Below are positions 25,104 to 37,347 of a DNA stretch of 52,027 nucleotides, piece after piece. Each line of letters starts with the position of its first letter. Within the stretch, counting starts at the first letter, position 1. Source of the stretch: Octopus bimaculoides (lineage: Eukaryota); the NCBI RefSeq assembly GCF_001194135.2, contig NC_068986.1, positions 90,898,019-90,950,045 of the forward strand, given 5' to 3'. Made by a program: the position numbers and the translations under genes. The notes under the pieces are model-generated. The model saw only the letters and a program-made list of their open reading frames with translations, had not been told where the DNA came from and did no database searches.

Positions 25104-25626
25104 CAGGGTGATTCGTAAGTAACTCCCTATTCTAAAGTAACTATAATTTATTCAAATGCTGTAATTTGTTTCTCAATTTTTGTGTGTATGTTACTTAATG
25201 TGTGGCAATTAAATCTATGCTATTGTTGTTCGTGAATGGCTGAATGCCCAATTTCCTGGAAAATGGATGTGTCGTCGTAGTTCACACAAATGGCCAGCCA
25301 GAAGTCCTGACTTAACACCCTGCGACTTTTTTCTTTGGGGTTGGTTGAAAGAACAAGTCTACTCAACCAAACCAAGAAATCTGAAAGAACTTGAAGATAG
25401 AATACGTGAAGTTATTAGTTCCATACCGCAAGAGTTTCTTGTGAAATCAGTTGATGCGGTTCATGGTCGACTTGAAAAGCTGGTGGCAAATGATGGTGCC
25501 CATATTGAATTTTAAATAAAAGTCCATGTAATATACTTTCTTCTCGTATTCATTAATTGGAGAAATTATACTTCAAAAATATATTATAGTTATTTTAGAA
25601 TAGGGAGTTACTTTCGGATCACCCTG
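25104..25626 (+). mobile_element. internally deleted Tc1/mariner-superfamily transposon (maT-like C-terminus)
   Basis: ~45-bp TIRs cagggtgattcgtaagtaactccctattctaaagtaactataat / attatagttattttagaatagggagttactttcggatcaccctg, TA on both sides. ORF 25267-25515 reads WPARSPDLTPCDFFLWGWLKEQVY... Confidence 0.9.
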
Positions 25627-25989
25627 TATATATTTATATATATATGAATATATATATATAAAGACTGGTGTTGCAATAATTTCAGAGATGTACTTGTAGG
25701 TGAGCAAGCTGATTAGTGCATTAACATGATTTGTAATCCAAACTTGTACACTGGAGATGATATTCGTTTTGTTCTGTTGTTGCAGTTGAGTTCTTACACA
25801 AATATAATTACAATGTGAAGTAAACATCCAGAGAAAGGTTTCAAAGTCATATGTAATAGCTTGTGTCATATTCTGCTGATATACATAAACTTAAGTAGGA
25901 AGGGTTATTCAAACACTTACAGTTTCCTAATTTGTTATTATTCATATTTCAGTTGAAAATCCACTTTCTTCTCTAGTTCTGGTGGTGAT

Positions 25990-26450
25990 TCTGCTATGAG
26001 AGCAAGGTCATAGAGGAGCTCCTAGGGGCAACCTCTCTTGAATACCTCAGTTATTGCCTGGAGGACTATGATAAATAAGAGGAGACTGAGGGCTGACCCC
26101 TGGTGGACCCCTACATCTACCAGGAATTCTTCACTATACTCATTGCCAACCCTTACTAATGGCATCTCTGTACAGGGCCTGTACAGCTCTTATTAACCAC
26201 TTGTCAATCCCTAGTTTCTACATTGCCAACCAGATAAGGGATTGGGGGACCCTGTCAAAGGCTTTCTCCAAGACCACAAAAGCCAAGTATAGGGGTTTAT
26301 CTTTGGCTAGGTATTTCTCCTGCAGTTGCCGTACCAGGAATATAGCATCAGTGGTGCTTCTACCTGGCACAAAACTGAACTGCATCTCATCCAAGCAGAC
26401 TTTCTCCCTAATTAGTTGGGCTATGAACCTCTCCATGACCTTCATCACCC
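25990..26450 (-). mobile_element. RTE-clade LINE RT fragment
   Basis: LDEMQFSFVPGRSTTDAIFLVRQLQEKYL...AFVVLEKAFDRVP, followed by HQGSALSPLLFIIVL. Confidence 0.88.
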
Positions 26451-27982
26451 GATTCAGATTGCCAACGATTCTGCCAGCTCACCACCTGAAGGCCAACAGT
26501 TTTGACAAGGGGAGGTAAATTGATGTCAACTATCTCAGTACTTGAATGGTACTTTATGTTCTCTACCCCTATTTAGGGTTAGATAAAATGAAGGCTTTGG
26601 CAGGGTTTGAAATAATTACCAAAAGTAAATAATGTAAATAATGTAAATAATTCCTCATCTCTCAAATATAGAACTGTATTACCAAACGTGTTGGATAAAA
26701 TAAGTCTTCTCAATTTGGAGTCATGTGGAACTAAACAGCAACAACAAAGTAAGAAAATATATGTAAAATTCAACACATCCATTAACGACAATCTCCAAAA
26801 CATAAAATTACTAGGTTTAATACGTTTACAAACAGGATGCATTCCATAAATTGAAGATATCAAACATATTAACACGCACACACACACATATATAATACAT
26901 TGCTTGTACCAAAGACATGTAAATAAATGTTGAAATGTGAGACAATGAGAACAATGTTAATCACAACACTAGAAGTGTTTATTTCTTAAATAAGTATAAA
27001 AGTTGCTAATGATGTATGTAAAATACAAGATTGAAGAGTTGCTGGGTTTCAAAATAATTTTTTGCTCATTAAAGAATATCAAACATTTTNNNNNNNNNNN
27101 NNNNNNNNNNNNNNNNNNNNNNNNNNNNNNNNNNNNNNNNNNNNNNNNNNNNNNNNNNNNNNNNNNNNNNNNNNNNNNNNNNNNNNNNNNNNNNNNNNNN
27201 NNNNNNNNNNNNNNNNNNNNNNNNNNNNNNNNNNNNNNNNNNNNNNNNNNNNNNNNNNNNNNNNNNNNNNNNNNNNNNNNNNNNNNNNNNNNNNNNNNNN
27301 NNNNNNNNNNNNNNNNNNNNNNNNNNNNNNNNNNNNNNNNNNNNNNNNNNNNNNNNNNNNNNNNNNNNNNNNNNNNNNNNNNNNNNNNNNNNNNNNNNNN
27401 NNNNNNNNNNNNNNNNNNNNNNNNNNNNNNNNNNNNNNNNNNNNNNNNNNNNNNNNNNNNNNNNNNNNNNNNNNNNNNNNNNNNNNNNNNNNNNNNNNNN
27501 NNNNNNNNNNNNNNNNNNNNNNNNNNNNNNNNNNNNNNNNNNNNNNNNNNNNNNNNNNNNNNNNNNNNNNNNNNNNNNNNNNNNNNNNNNNNNNNNNNNN
27601 NNNNNNNNNNNNNNNNNNNNNNNNNNNNNNNNNNNNNNNNNNNNNNNNNNNNNNNNNNNNNNNNNNNNNNNNNNNNNNNNNNNNNNNNNNNNNNNNNNNN
27701 NNNNNNNNNNNNNNNNNNNNNNNNNNNNNNNNNNNNNNNNNNNNNNNNNNNNNNNNNNNNNNNNNNNNNNNNNNCAAACCTTTCCAATTTTACGAAAGAA
27801 AATATGATATAAAAATAATGAAAACATTGGTCATTTTATAAAAATATCTGAAACCTTGAGTTATTTTCAATATTGTACAAAAGAAAGAAAACAGTATTCT
27901 TTTCAGGAAATGGTCAGCAAAGAAAATGTTTCTTCTACTTGAAAGAATTCCTCTCTATTGAATGTGTGGTGTAAACCAAATC

Positions 27983-28904
27983 CTAAAATTTCTCTTCCAT
28001 TTCAAAAATAATTTGACCCCTAGTAAAAATATTTACAAAACTTTTCCGGAAATTTTTGTTGCAGAATCCATACACCATGTGATTTAAGGACGCGTTTAGT
28101 ATCCAAGTACGATATGCAACTACTTTTAAGATCTGCAACAAATTAGAATCTTTGCAGAATGGATATATGACGAAGAAGATACATGTTGGTGAAAAACTGA
28201 CAAAATACAAAACAGAGATTGAGATAAGTACAATGATTGTGCGATTGATTCCTTGTTGTCTGCGAGCTTCTTCTTTACCTTGCTTTTTCCTGAGATGCTG
28301 AGTAATAGTCTTCCAGATAAAGGAATAAAGTACAGTCATGGTTAAGAAAAGTATAAAGTGAACAATTACGGCTAATAGAGTATATAACCAGTCAGATGAC
28401 CTTCTAAGGTCTCCGTCACATATCATGTATGTCTTGTTTTCATAGGTAAAGGGAACACCTTCATAAAAGGTAACAGTTGGTACGAGTAGTACAGCCGATA
28501 TTATTGTTATGGAAACAATAAGTGCCTGACGTAGATTTGGGGTAATTTGTTTTCCAAGTGGACAACATATTTTTCTGAACCTTTCAATGGAAACTGTGAG
28601 AAGAATGAAGGACGACATGACAGAACAGGTGTAGACAATATACTTGTATATTTTACACAAATAATTTGATTGAATTGCAGGATACAGTTCAGCCATTTCC
28701 AGAGGCATTCCAAAGATACATCCAATCAGATCAATGACAGCTAATACAAGGATGAATGTTTCTACGTTGCTTTTTTGGGATTGGTGTACATAAATATATA
28801 CCACAAACATGTTACCAATGAGTCCCACAATAGTAGAAAGGTATGATACTGAAAACAACTAATCTTGAAAGTAAAACAGGATCAGACAAATGGGTTGCAT
28901 TCAT
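27983..28904 (-). pseudogene. GPCR array copy with a 2-nt frameshift deletion near codon 24 (~28830-28836)
   Basis: True ATG at 28904; span is 922 nt versus 924. aatagtagaaagg here versus aattaggaagaaagg in paralogs. The listed 291-aa ORF starts at TTG. TM7 NP is changed to NH. Confidence 0.88.
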
Positions 28905-29676
28905 GTTGAAACAAGTGCGTAGTTTCTAGTTTAGTAAGAATTATGTAAATATGTTGATAGTTGATATGCATATATGATGTGTGTTCATTTATATATATAT
29001 ATATGTATGCAACAATTTCACAGAATGTACTTGTAGGTAAGCAACATGATTATCATCTTAACGTTATTTGTAATCCAAACTTGTATACTGGAGTTGTTTT
29101 AGTTAAGTCCTTACACAAATACAACTACTATGTGAAGTAAACATCCAGAGTGAATGATGAAAGTCAAATGCAATAGGTTGTGTGGTATTCCAATTATATA
29201 CATTTACAGATTAGTATACATCCTGCTTTGTTTAGTTTATGATTTAACTTAAGATTACAGCATCACAATATTGGACAAACTTAGAAAATTTACATAGGAA
29301 GGATGATTCAAACACTAACATTTTCCTAATTTGTTATTATCAATATTGCAGCTGTCCTTTGGTACTTCATTGTTCAGTAGAAGTGGTGTCCCTGATTGCA
29401 CAATGGACTTCAATGTCTACCTTATTAGCCAGCTGTGACTCCTGATAATGGAGTTGGCATGTCATGAAAAGCAGACAACATTCAGGAAAATGTGTGCAGC
29501 AATATGTAGCCGTATAAGGGACAAGTGACCTGCTTTAGATATCTTACCGTATGGTCAATATACATTTATATGTCAGACTTGTTACATTACCTTTTAACAG
29601 ATGAATAACAAAACATGCAACAGTTGTGCTGATGAGACTTGCTTGATGAACTTAGGGTAAGCATGTACCAAACCAC

Positions 29677-29713
29677 AAAACATAACAGGATCAGACAAAT
29701 GGGTTGCATTCAT
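29677..29713 (-). pseudogene. 5' stub of a GPCR copy (MNATHLSDPVMF) with a 5' flank like that of copy 37348-38271
   Basis: 29677-29810 aligns with ~38235-38365. Confidence 0.85.
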
Positions 29714-30329
29714 GTTGAAACAAGTTCGTAGTTTATAGTTTAGTATGTTTAACGTGTATATGTTGATTGTTGAAATGTATGTATTTGTATGCTTGTATTA
29801 GTATATATATANNNNNNNNNNNNNNNNNNNNNNNNNNNNNNNNNNNNNNNNNNNNNNNNNNNNNNNNNNNNNNNNNNNNNNNNNNNNNNNNNNNNNNNNN
29901 NNNNNNNNNNNNNNNNNNNNNNNNNNNNNNNNNNNNNNNNNNNNNNNNNNNNNNNNNNNNNNNNNNNNNNNNNNNNNNNNNNNNNNNNNNNNNNNNNNNN
30001 NNNNNNNNNNNNNNNNNNNNNNNNNNNNNNNNNNNNNNNNNNNNNNNNNNNNNNNNNNNNNNNNNNNNNNNNNNNNNNNNNNNNNNNNNNNNNNNNNNNN
30101 NNNNNNNNNNNNNNNNNNNNNNNNNNNNNNNNNNNNNNNNNNNNNNNNNNNNNNNNNNNNNNNNNNNNNNNNNNNNNNNNNNNNNNNNNNNNNNNNNNNN
30201 NNNNNNNNNNNNNNNNNNNNNNNNNNNNNNNNNNNNNNNNNNNNNNNNNNNNNNNNNNNNNNNNNNNNNNNNNNNNNNNNNNNNNNNNNNNNNNNNNNNN
30301 NNNNNNNNNNNNNNNNNNNNNNNNNNNNN

Positions 30330-31560
30330 GGCAACGACCTCGCTTGAATGATTTTCTAATGTGCCACCAGTACAAGTGCTTGAAGGCAACGCTAGTATCA
30401 ATTAAGCTCAAATGGTGCTACTTAAGGGCCACTAGCATGGAAGCCAGACAGCTGCTCTGGTAATGAACACGCTCAGACAGTGCTGATAGTGCTCCACTGG
30501 CGCAGGTGCCAGTCATCGAGTATAGTTCAATTACCATTTCAATTTCACTTGCCCCAACAGATCTTCGCAAGCAGAGTTTAGTGTCCAATGAAGGAGAGGT
30601 TGGCATGAGTGCCAATTATCGGATTTGGTTCAATTTCAATTTCAAATTTCAAATTCCAAAATTCACTTGCCTCAACAGGTCTATGCAAGCAGGGGTTTAG
30701 TGTCCAATGAATTAAAGATAAGAATTAGTAAGCTGGCTACACTTCTGGCAGAGGTCACAGATTATGCTCTAACTTGCCTTGCCGGGCCTTCTAATGTACT
30801 GCATATTTCCAAAGGTCCCGGTCACTGGTCATTGTCTCGGTGAGGACTAAAGGTCGAATGTCATGCTTCACCACCTCATCCCAGGTCTTCCTGGGTCTAC
30901 CTCTTCCACAGGTTCCCTCAACTACTAGGGTGTGGCACTTTTTCACACAGCTATCCTCATCCAGTCTTGCCACATGTCCATACCAGCGCAATCGTCTCTC
31001 TTACACACCACAACTGATGCTTCTTAGGTCAAACTTTTCTCTCAAGGTACTTACACTCTGTCGAGTATGCACACTGACATTACACATCCATCGGAGCATA
31101 CTGGCTTCGTTTCTTGCAAGCTTACGCATGTCCTCTGCAGTCACGGCCCATGTTTCACTGCCATGTAGCATGGCTGTTCGTACACATGCATCATACAGTC
31201 TGCCTTTTACTCTGAGTGAGAGGCCCTTTGTCACCAGCAGTGGTAAGAGCTCTCTAAACTTTGCCCAGGCTATTCTTATTCTAGCAGCTACACTTTCAGT
31301 GCACCCTCTCCCGTTACAAACTTGGTCACCGAGTTAGCAGAAGCTATCAAGTCCTTCTAGTTTTTCTCTCTGGAATGTGGCAAAGGTTGTTTTCTGCACA
31401 TTTTCAGTGTTTATTGCTCCTGAGTATCTGCCACATACAAAAACTATCTTGCTAGTTAGCCTTCCTTTGATATTGCTGCACCTCTTATGTGTCCACAGCT
31501 TACATTGGGTACATCTTATGAAGTCTCTACCTACGCCTTTTCTACAGATCGAGCAGGGTC
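30330..31560 (-). mobile_element. 3' portion of an RTE-clade LINE (RT C-terminus plus probable 3' UTR); small related fragment at ~35230-35660
   Basis: KGLSLRVKGRLYDACVRTAMLHGSETWAVT...MLRWMC..., RWYGHVAR..EDSCVKKC...GRGRPRKTWDEVV. Confidence 0.88.
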
Positions 31561-32690
31561 ATCTACCTGAAGGGGTTTGTGTTTTCAGTGGGAAAAAAAT
31601 TTATTCAGGTATTTCTTCCAACTAAGTTCAAACCTTGCTGAGGCCAAATTTGCCTTTCAAATCTCTATGGTTGAAACAATGTATCAATCAAGTACTGGCA
31701 CCAATGGTATTGACTCACACCCTCCTCTTCAAACTGCTGGCCTTCTGTCTAATTCAAAGACCCTATTTAGAGGCAGTGAGCCTTTAAATGGCACAATCTT
31801 TAGAACATAGCAGAAAAGTTTTGTGGCATTTGTGTCAGCACTTTATGGTGTTGGTCCCTAACCAGCAAATTTCAAGTGGGTGTTTTATTTTTTCGGGGGT
31901 GGATTAAAGTACTAGTGAAGTCCTAGTAATAATAATAGTAATTAAATATTATGACATCTTCTTGTAAGGCTGTTTAAGTATGTGGAGACACATCCGTTCA
32001 GATAAGGCCCTTAGCACTCCATTCAATCCTATATTTAAGGAATAGTTTTTTCATTAATATCATCACTTGCTCAATTGCCCTTCATGTAACAACAGGCCTT
32101 GAATTAACAGTTAAGTTCCTACGTTCTAATTTTATTTAAATGTGACTCAGTCAATGTCTTTATAAACTTCCGCTTTCTCAATTAACATCCCATTTGCCAA
32201 AGCTACATGTCAGTCTTTCCCTCTAATTGTATAATGTTTATGCAATAAATATGCTGATTAGAATGTTTATGCGTATTAATATAGTATTAATAATCAGGAG
32301 ACTTATATCCATTCGCACAGGTTATGAATACAACATCCATGTTTGCACACCCATTATGCTCACCTATCCTCCTCTACCACTGCCATTTTAATTTAAATGT
32401 AAATGAACAGTTTCAACTGGCAATTTGTACACCCCTCTTGTAATGAGGGTAAGGGTACATATTTTGCTTACTTCCCTCTTTGTACTACATGCCTCCATGC
32501 AGGCATCCATATAAGTGCCATACACACCTAATGGTACTGCATACATAACGAGTTAAATAATTATGGAAATGATCAAAATATACCTAATAGTAGAATTGTT
32601 GAAGGGATAAATAATATTAGTGTAAATAATTGTAACAATAATAATAGAGATATTAGTAATAATACAGGTGTGGTTGATAGCTCCACTAGG

Positions 32691-33146
32691 TGCAACTGTA
32701 GAAATGAGTCCCATTGTCCGTTATTAGGCACATGTTGCACCCATAACATAGTTTACAAATGCATCATAAGTACGAGAACCGAGAATTATATTTACGTAGG
32801 ATGTAGCATTAATCTGAAACAGAGAATATAAAGCCATAGGTCTTCTTTTAGACTAAGACATAAGGCAAATAGTACAACATTAGCAAATAAAATTTGGGAG
32901 TTAAAAGATAATGCTATTAGTTTTAGCCTTAAATGGGAAATTATAAGAAAAGCTCAACCTTATAGAAATAGTAGATGTGGATGTGAACCTTATAGAAATA
33001 GTAGATGTGGATGTGAATTATGTTCTATGGAAATATATGAAATTCTTAAACTTAGAAATAATCCTAATCTAATCAATAATAGATTAGACCTTAGAGTATC
33101 ATGTGTACACTGCTCTACTCACACTTGTAAATTTTTTAAAAAGTAA
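32691..33146 (+). mobile_element. Penelope-like element GIY-YIG endonuclease relic (missed by the ORF track)
   Basis: My translation from 32691: CNCRNESHCPLLGTCCTHNIVYKCIISTRTENYIYVGCSINLKQRI*SHRSSFR...TTLANKIWELKD...LKWEIIRKAQPY...CELCSMEIYEIL...LINNRLDLRVSCVH. This is the typical PLE CNC..CPL..C..VY..YxG..R..H layout. Stop at 32829-32831. Confidence 0.88.
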
Positions 33147-33453
33147 TTAAAATTATCAAAATATGGGATTTCAACTTCTACCATGTTCATCTTGGGGTAC
33201 TAATTAGCACATATTTTAAATTGGAAATTGAACCTTTGTAACATATATTTCTGATCTCTCACTTTAACATACAATCTTCTTGTGATAACTAAGATTTCAA
33301 CTTTATTCCACGAGAGGTATTTTTTCACACTACTTCTGCTACTGCTGTTAGTTCTTAATATGTATCTTAACCCTATGTAGCTTATAAAAATAGGATGTTT
33401 TTAATTAGTTCCCAAAATTTACATTTTATTTTATTTTATTCAATGCTTGACTC

Positions 33454-33527
33454 TAAAAGGTTCCTTATTATCATTACATTAAAAGGTTCCTTATTATCAT
33501 TAAAAGGTTCCTTATTATCATTACATT
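33454..33527. repeat. three-unit 21-26 bp tandem repeat (aaaaggttccttattatcatt[acatt])
   Basis: Directly visible. Confidence 0.9.
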
Positions 33528-33642
33528 ATTTTAGGGCTTCTAGTGGTAGTGTCGTGTTTATTCTATATTTTGACTTAAATAAATCTAATCCGTTTACATA
33601 TTTGTTTTGCAAGATTTTTTATGTGAAATTGTGTGTTGAAAC

Positions 33643-34036
33643 AGATGTTGTTGTACTTGGGGATGGTCATATTGCCAGTTTAGCCAATAAAAACACACGC
33701 ACTGAATATCTGGTGTTAATTTGCTTCAGCTTTATATTACCATATATTACATTATTCCTATTTCGGCCATTGAAGGATACGCATGCGTAGACACATACAA
33801 TAGGAATACAAAATACAAAATGGCTGACAGTTAGCAAGGTGAGACACACATAAGAAAGAAGAAAGCAAAGGACCACTGATGAGGTCACAGAAGTGTAACG
33901 AAAGAACTCTGGCCGAAATAGGAATAATGTAATATAAGGTAATATAAAGCTCAAGCAAATTAACACCAAATATACAGTGCATGTGTTTTTATTGGCTAAA
34001 CTGCCAATATGACCATCCCCAAGTACAACAAAATCT
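33643..34036. repeat. 127-bp inverted repeat; arms 33643-33769 and 33910-34036, ~140-bp spacer
   Basis: ttgtacttggggatggtcatattgccagtttagccaataaaaacac...attcctatttcggcca versus its reverse complement tggccgaaataggaat...ccatccccaagtacaa, with few mismatches. Confidence 0.92.
33870..33914 (+). ncRNA. candidate minimal type I hammerhead ribozyme, degenerate, Penelope-associated
   Basis: gg(a)cca-CTGATGA-ggtcac[agaa]gtgtaac-GAAA-gaac-TC-tggcc: stem I gg(a)cca/tggcc, imperfect stem II, 1-bp stem III, CUC cleavage triplet. Same strand as, and downstream of, the PLE endonuclease. Confidence 0.55.
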
Positions 34037-37000
34037 AATCCTTATTCCATTAATATTCTGTAATTAGCCCATGTTAGTCTTAAAACAAGTTCATGACTAT
34101 ATAAGATAGTATNNNNNNNNNNTTAGCTTAAATTTTAAAATAATTTTTTTAAATAATTCAAAATAGTTTTCTGAGCCCAATATATATAATATTCTTAAAC
34201 TTTACACCTTATCTATAGCCTTTGAATTCAAAATTGACACTACTTCAGGGATTTTGTATAAACTAATTACATTTTTATTATTAACATACTTCTTATTATT
34301 AACATAATAATTAAGCTAATATTGATATCTATAAATTTCCCATACTTAGTATATGTAAAACAATACTGATACTTTATTCAGACTAAAGAAAAAGCCCTGT
34401 TGACCTAAATGCTTAAGGTTTAATTCCCCAACATTATGATAGCAGTAAAAAACACCCAACCTAAAATAGTGTTGCCACTTTGACCAGTGAAACCTTTATA
34501 ACCATATCCATGTATAATGCTTATACCTTCCCTTTCCTTAGGAGTGATTGCCCCTTATACTATAACCACTAGATAAGAGACAATAAAATCAGAGACAGTT
34601 AGAATTCTACCAAGAACTAATTACTAGCCTGCTAGCCTTGGCTATGTCAAGATAGATTTTTATGTATTCTTCTTCCCACTTGGATTTTAAGTGTTGCCAC
34701 AATTATAAAGTGTCTATTCTACTGTAATTTTCTACATTTTTGTGCAGCTGAAGATTGCTCTACATATTGCATTTAATGTAATGCTTGCATTACTTAAATA
34801 AATGGAGTAGTATGAAACGTGCGTACTGCAGTCATCTTTAAAATCCGTGTTGCTTATTTTGATTTTTTAAATATTTAGATATATAAATACCTAAACAGTC
34901 CTGTGGAGTCTCCCTATCCTCTCTTCCTGAACAGCTTACATGCACTCTTTTTATATCCTCTTAATCACTTCCTTGCTGGCTCTTACTCTGGATATTGTAT
35001 GGGAATGAGAAAGTTTGTAACACACTTTCATTCATTGAATACAATTATGTAGTAAAGTCTTTGTGCAGAACCTCTTCTTTCCAGGTGATGACAAAAGTGT
35101 CACAACTATCTTTCCACTGTCACTCCCAAGTACACAGTTTTAGGTCCTTTACCATCAATGGTGGCACAATAAAAAGAGGTAGTAGAGAGATTATGGAAAT
35201 GTTGGAGTGATGCCAGATACAGGAACCAGTCGGGGTGAGGGCACTGGCACAGACCACATTTAGATGGTGCTTTTTACATGCCATCAGCACGGGAGCCAGT
35301 CAGGTGGCACTGGCATCAGCCTCAACTACAGTTTCCATTTGATTGTGGTTTGATTTGATTTTGATTTATTTGACCCTATAGGTCTCCTCAAACATGGCAT
35401 GTCACCTGACGATCCAAAGGTACATTTTTAAGTGGGCTGCTTATGCAACACTGGTGTAGGCTACAGCTGTGATATCACTTTACTAACCAGGTCTTCTTAG
35501 TCAAAGCATATCTCCAGAGGTCTCGCTCTTTTGTCATTGCATCACCACTTCATCCCATGTCTTCCTGGGTCTCCCTCTACTATGGGTTCCTTCCACTATT
35601 TAGGAGTGATACTTTTTCACACAGCTCTCCTCATCCATACGCAGTACATGACCATACCAGTGCAGATATTAATGATAATCTCCATGGGTTGGCCAGTCTA
35701 AAACTTCNNNNNNNNNNNNNNNNNNNNNNNNNNNNNNNNNNNNNNNNNNNNNNNNNNNNNNNNNNNNNNNNNNNNNNNNNNNNNNNNNNNNNNNNNNNNN
35801 NNNNNNNNNNNNNNNNNNNNNNNNNNNNNNNNNNNNNNNNNNNNNNNNNNNNNNNNNNNNNNNNNNNNNNNNNNNNNNNNNNNNNNNNNNNNNNNNNNNN
35901 NNNNNNNNNNNNNNNNNNNNNNNNNNNNNNNNNNNNNNNNNNNNNNNNNNNNNNNNNNNNNNNNNNNNNNNNNNNNNNNNNNNNNNNNNNNNNNNNNNNN
36001 NNNNNNNNNNNNNNNNNNNNNNNNNNNNNNNNNNNNNNNNNNNNNNNNNNNNNNNNNNNNNNNNNNNNNNNNNNNNNNNNNNNNNNNNNNNNNNNNNNNN
36101 NNNNNNNNNNNNNNNNNNNNNNNNNNNNNNNNNNNNNNNNNNNNNNNNNNNNNNNNNNNNNNNNNNNNNNNNNNNNNNNNNNNNNNNNNNNNNNNNNNNN
36201 NNNNNNNNNCAAACATATTAACACGCACACACACACATATATAATACATTGCTTGTACCAAAGACATGTAAATAAATGTTGAAATGTGAGACAATGAGAA
36301 CAATGTTAATCACAACACTAGAAGTGTTTATTTCTTAAATAAGTATGAAAGTTGCTAATGATGTATGTAAAATACAAGATTGAAGAGTTGCTGGGTTTCA
36401 AAATAATTTTTTGCTCATTAAAGAATATCAAACATTTTCATTGAAAGAGAATTTTAATTGCTATTTTTAAAATTGTCTTAGAATTGCTAAAAGCACAAGA
36501 GATTAATTTTAAATCCTTTCTCTGACAAATGAATTGCACAAAAGAAGTGAATACATTGTTAGGAACATATAACATGCATAGGTAACATATCCATACCAGT
36601 GCAGATATTAATGATAATCTCCATGGGTTGGCCAGTCTAAAACTTCTGTGATTTAAAAAAAGTTGATACAAATACAGGAATAACATAATTCTGTGTAGAA
36701 GACTTGACCAACTAACTCAAGGAGGGAAAAGTTTACATAAGAGTTATGATGATGATGAAGACGGTGGTAATAATGATGATGATAATGATGATGACTGTGC
36801 CAACACCAACAGCAACAATTTTTTTTTTCCAGTATTTTTTTAATGCAGATTTAATATGTAATTCAGAAACTGTAGGTTCCAAATAGTTTGGAGTTTAAAA
36901 GAGAACTTTGATACACAGTTATGGGTCTACAGAAAGTATAAAACTACAACAGAAGCTAGAATAAATATGTAACAGAGAAACTGTTGAGGTGTTCAAATAG

Positions 37001-37347
37001 GCCTTTCTGATACTAACCTACCTTAGACTGACACTGGATCAAGGATATAAACAGCATATTTTAAAAGGTTCATCATCATCATCATCGTCATTTAACATTC
37101 GCTTTCCATGCTGGCATGGTTTGATATCAAACCTTTCCAATTTTACGAAAGAAAATATAATTCTCCAAACATCATAAAAATAATGAAAAAGTTGGTTATT
37201 TTATAAAAATATCTGAAACTTTGAGTTATTTTCAATATTGTACAAAAGAAAGAAAACAGTATTCTTCTTAGGAAATGGTCAGCAAAGAAAATGTTTCTTC
37301 TACTTGAAAGAATTCCTCTCTATTGAATGTGTGGTGTAAACCAAATC

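Noticed and set aside
31577-31810. Duplicated small ORF (also 38729-38977) as a novel gene
   Set aside because: It starts in SINE-derived sequence and reflects the recent segmental duplication; no coding signature.
33650-33690. VLGDGH in the inverted repeat as the missing DPH1 YLGDGRFHLE exon
   Set aside because: No RFHLE continuation, no suitable acceptor, and it lies within a repeat arm.
33765-33805. Second hammerhead (ggcca-ttgaagga-tacgcatgcgta-gaca)
   Set aside because: Several core mismatches and no 3' stem I partner; only a 12-bp palindrome is real.
16780-36303. Long X-filled ORFs (e.g. 4173, 16780, 18097, 22486, 26969, 29733, 35557)
   Set aside because: Artefacts of N gaps.
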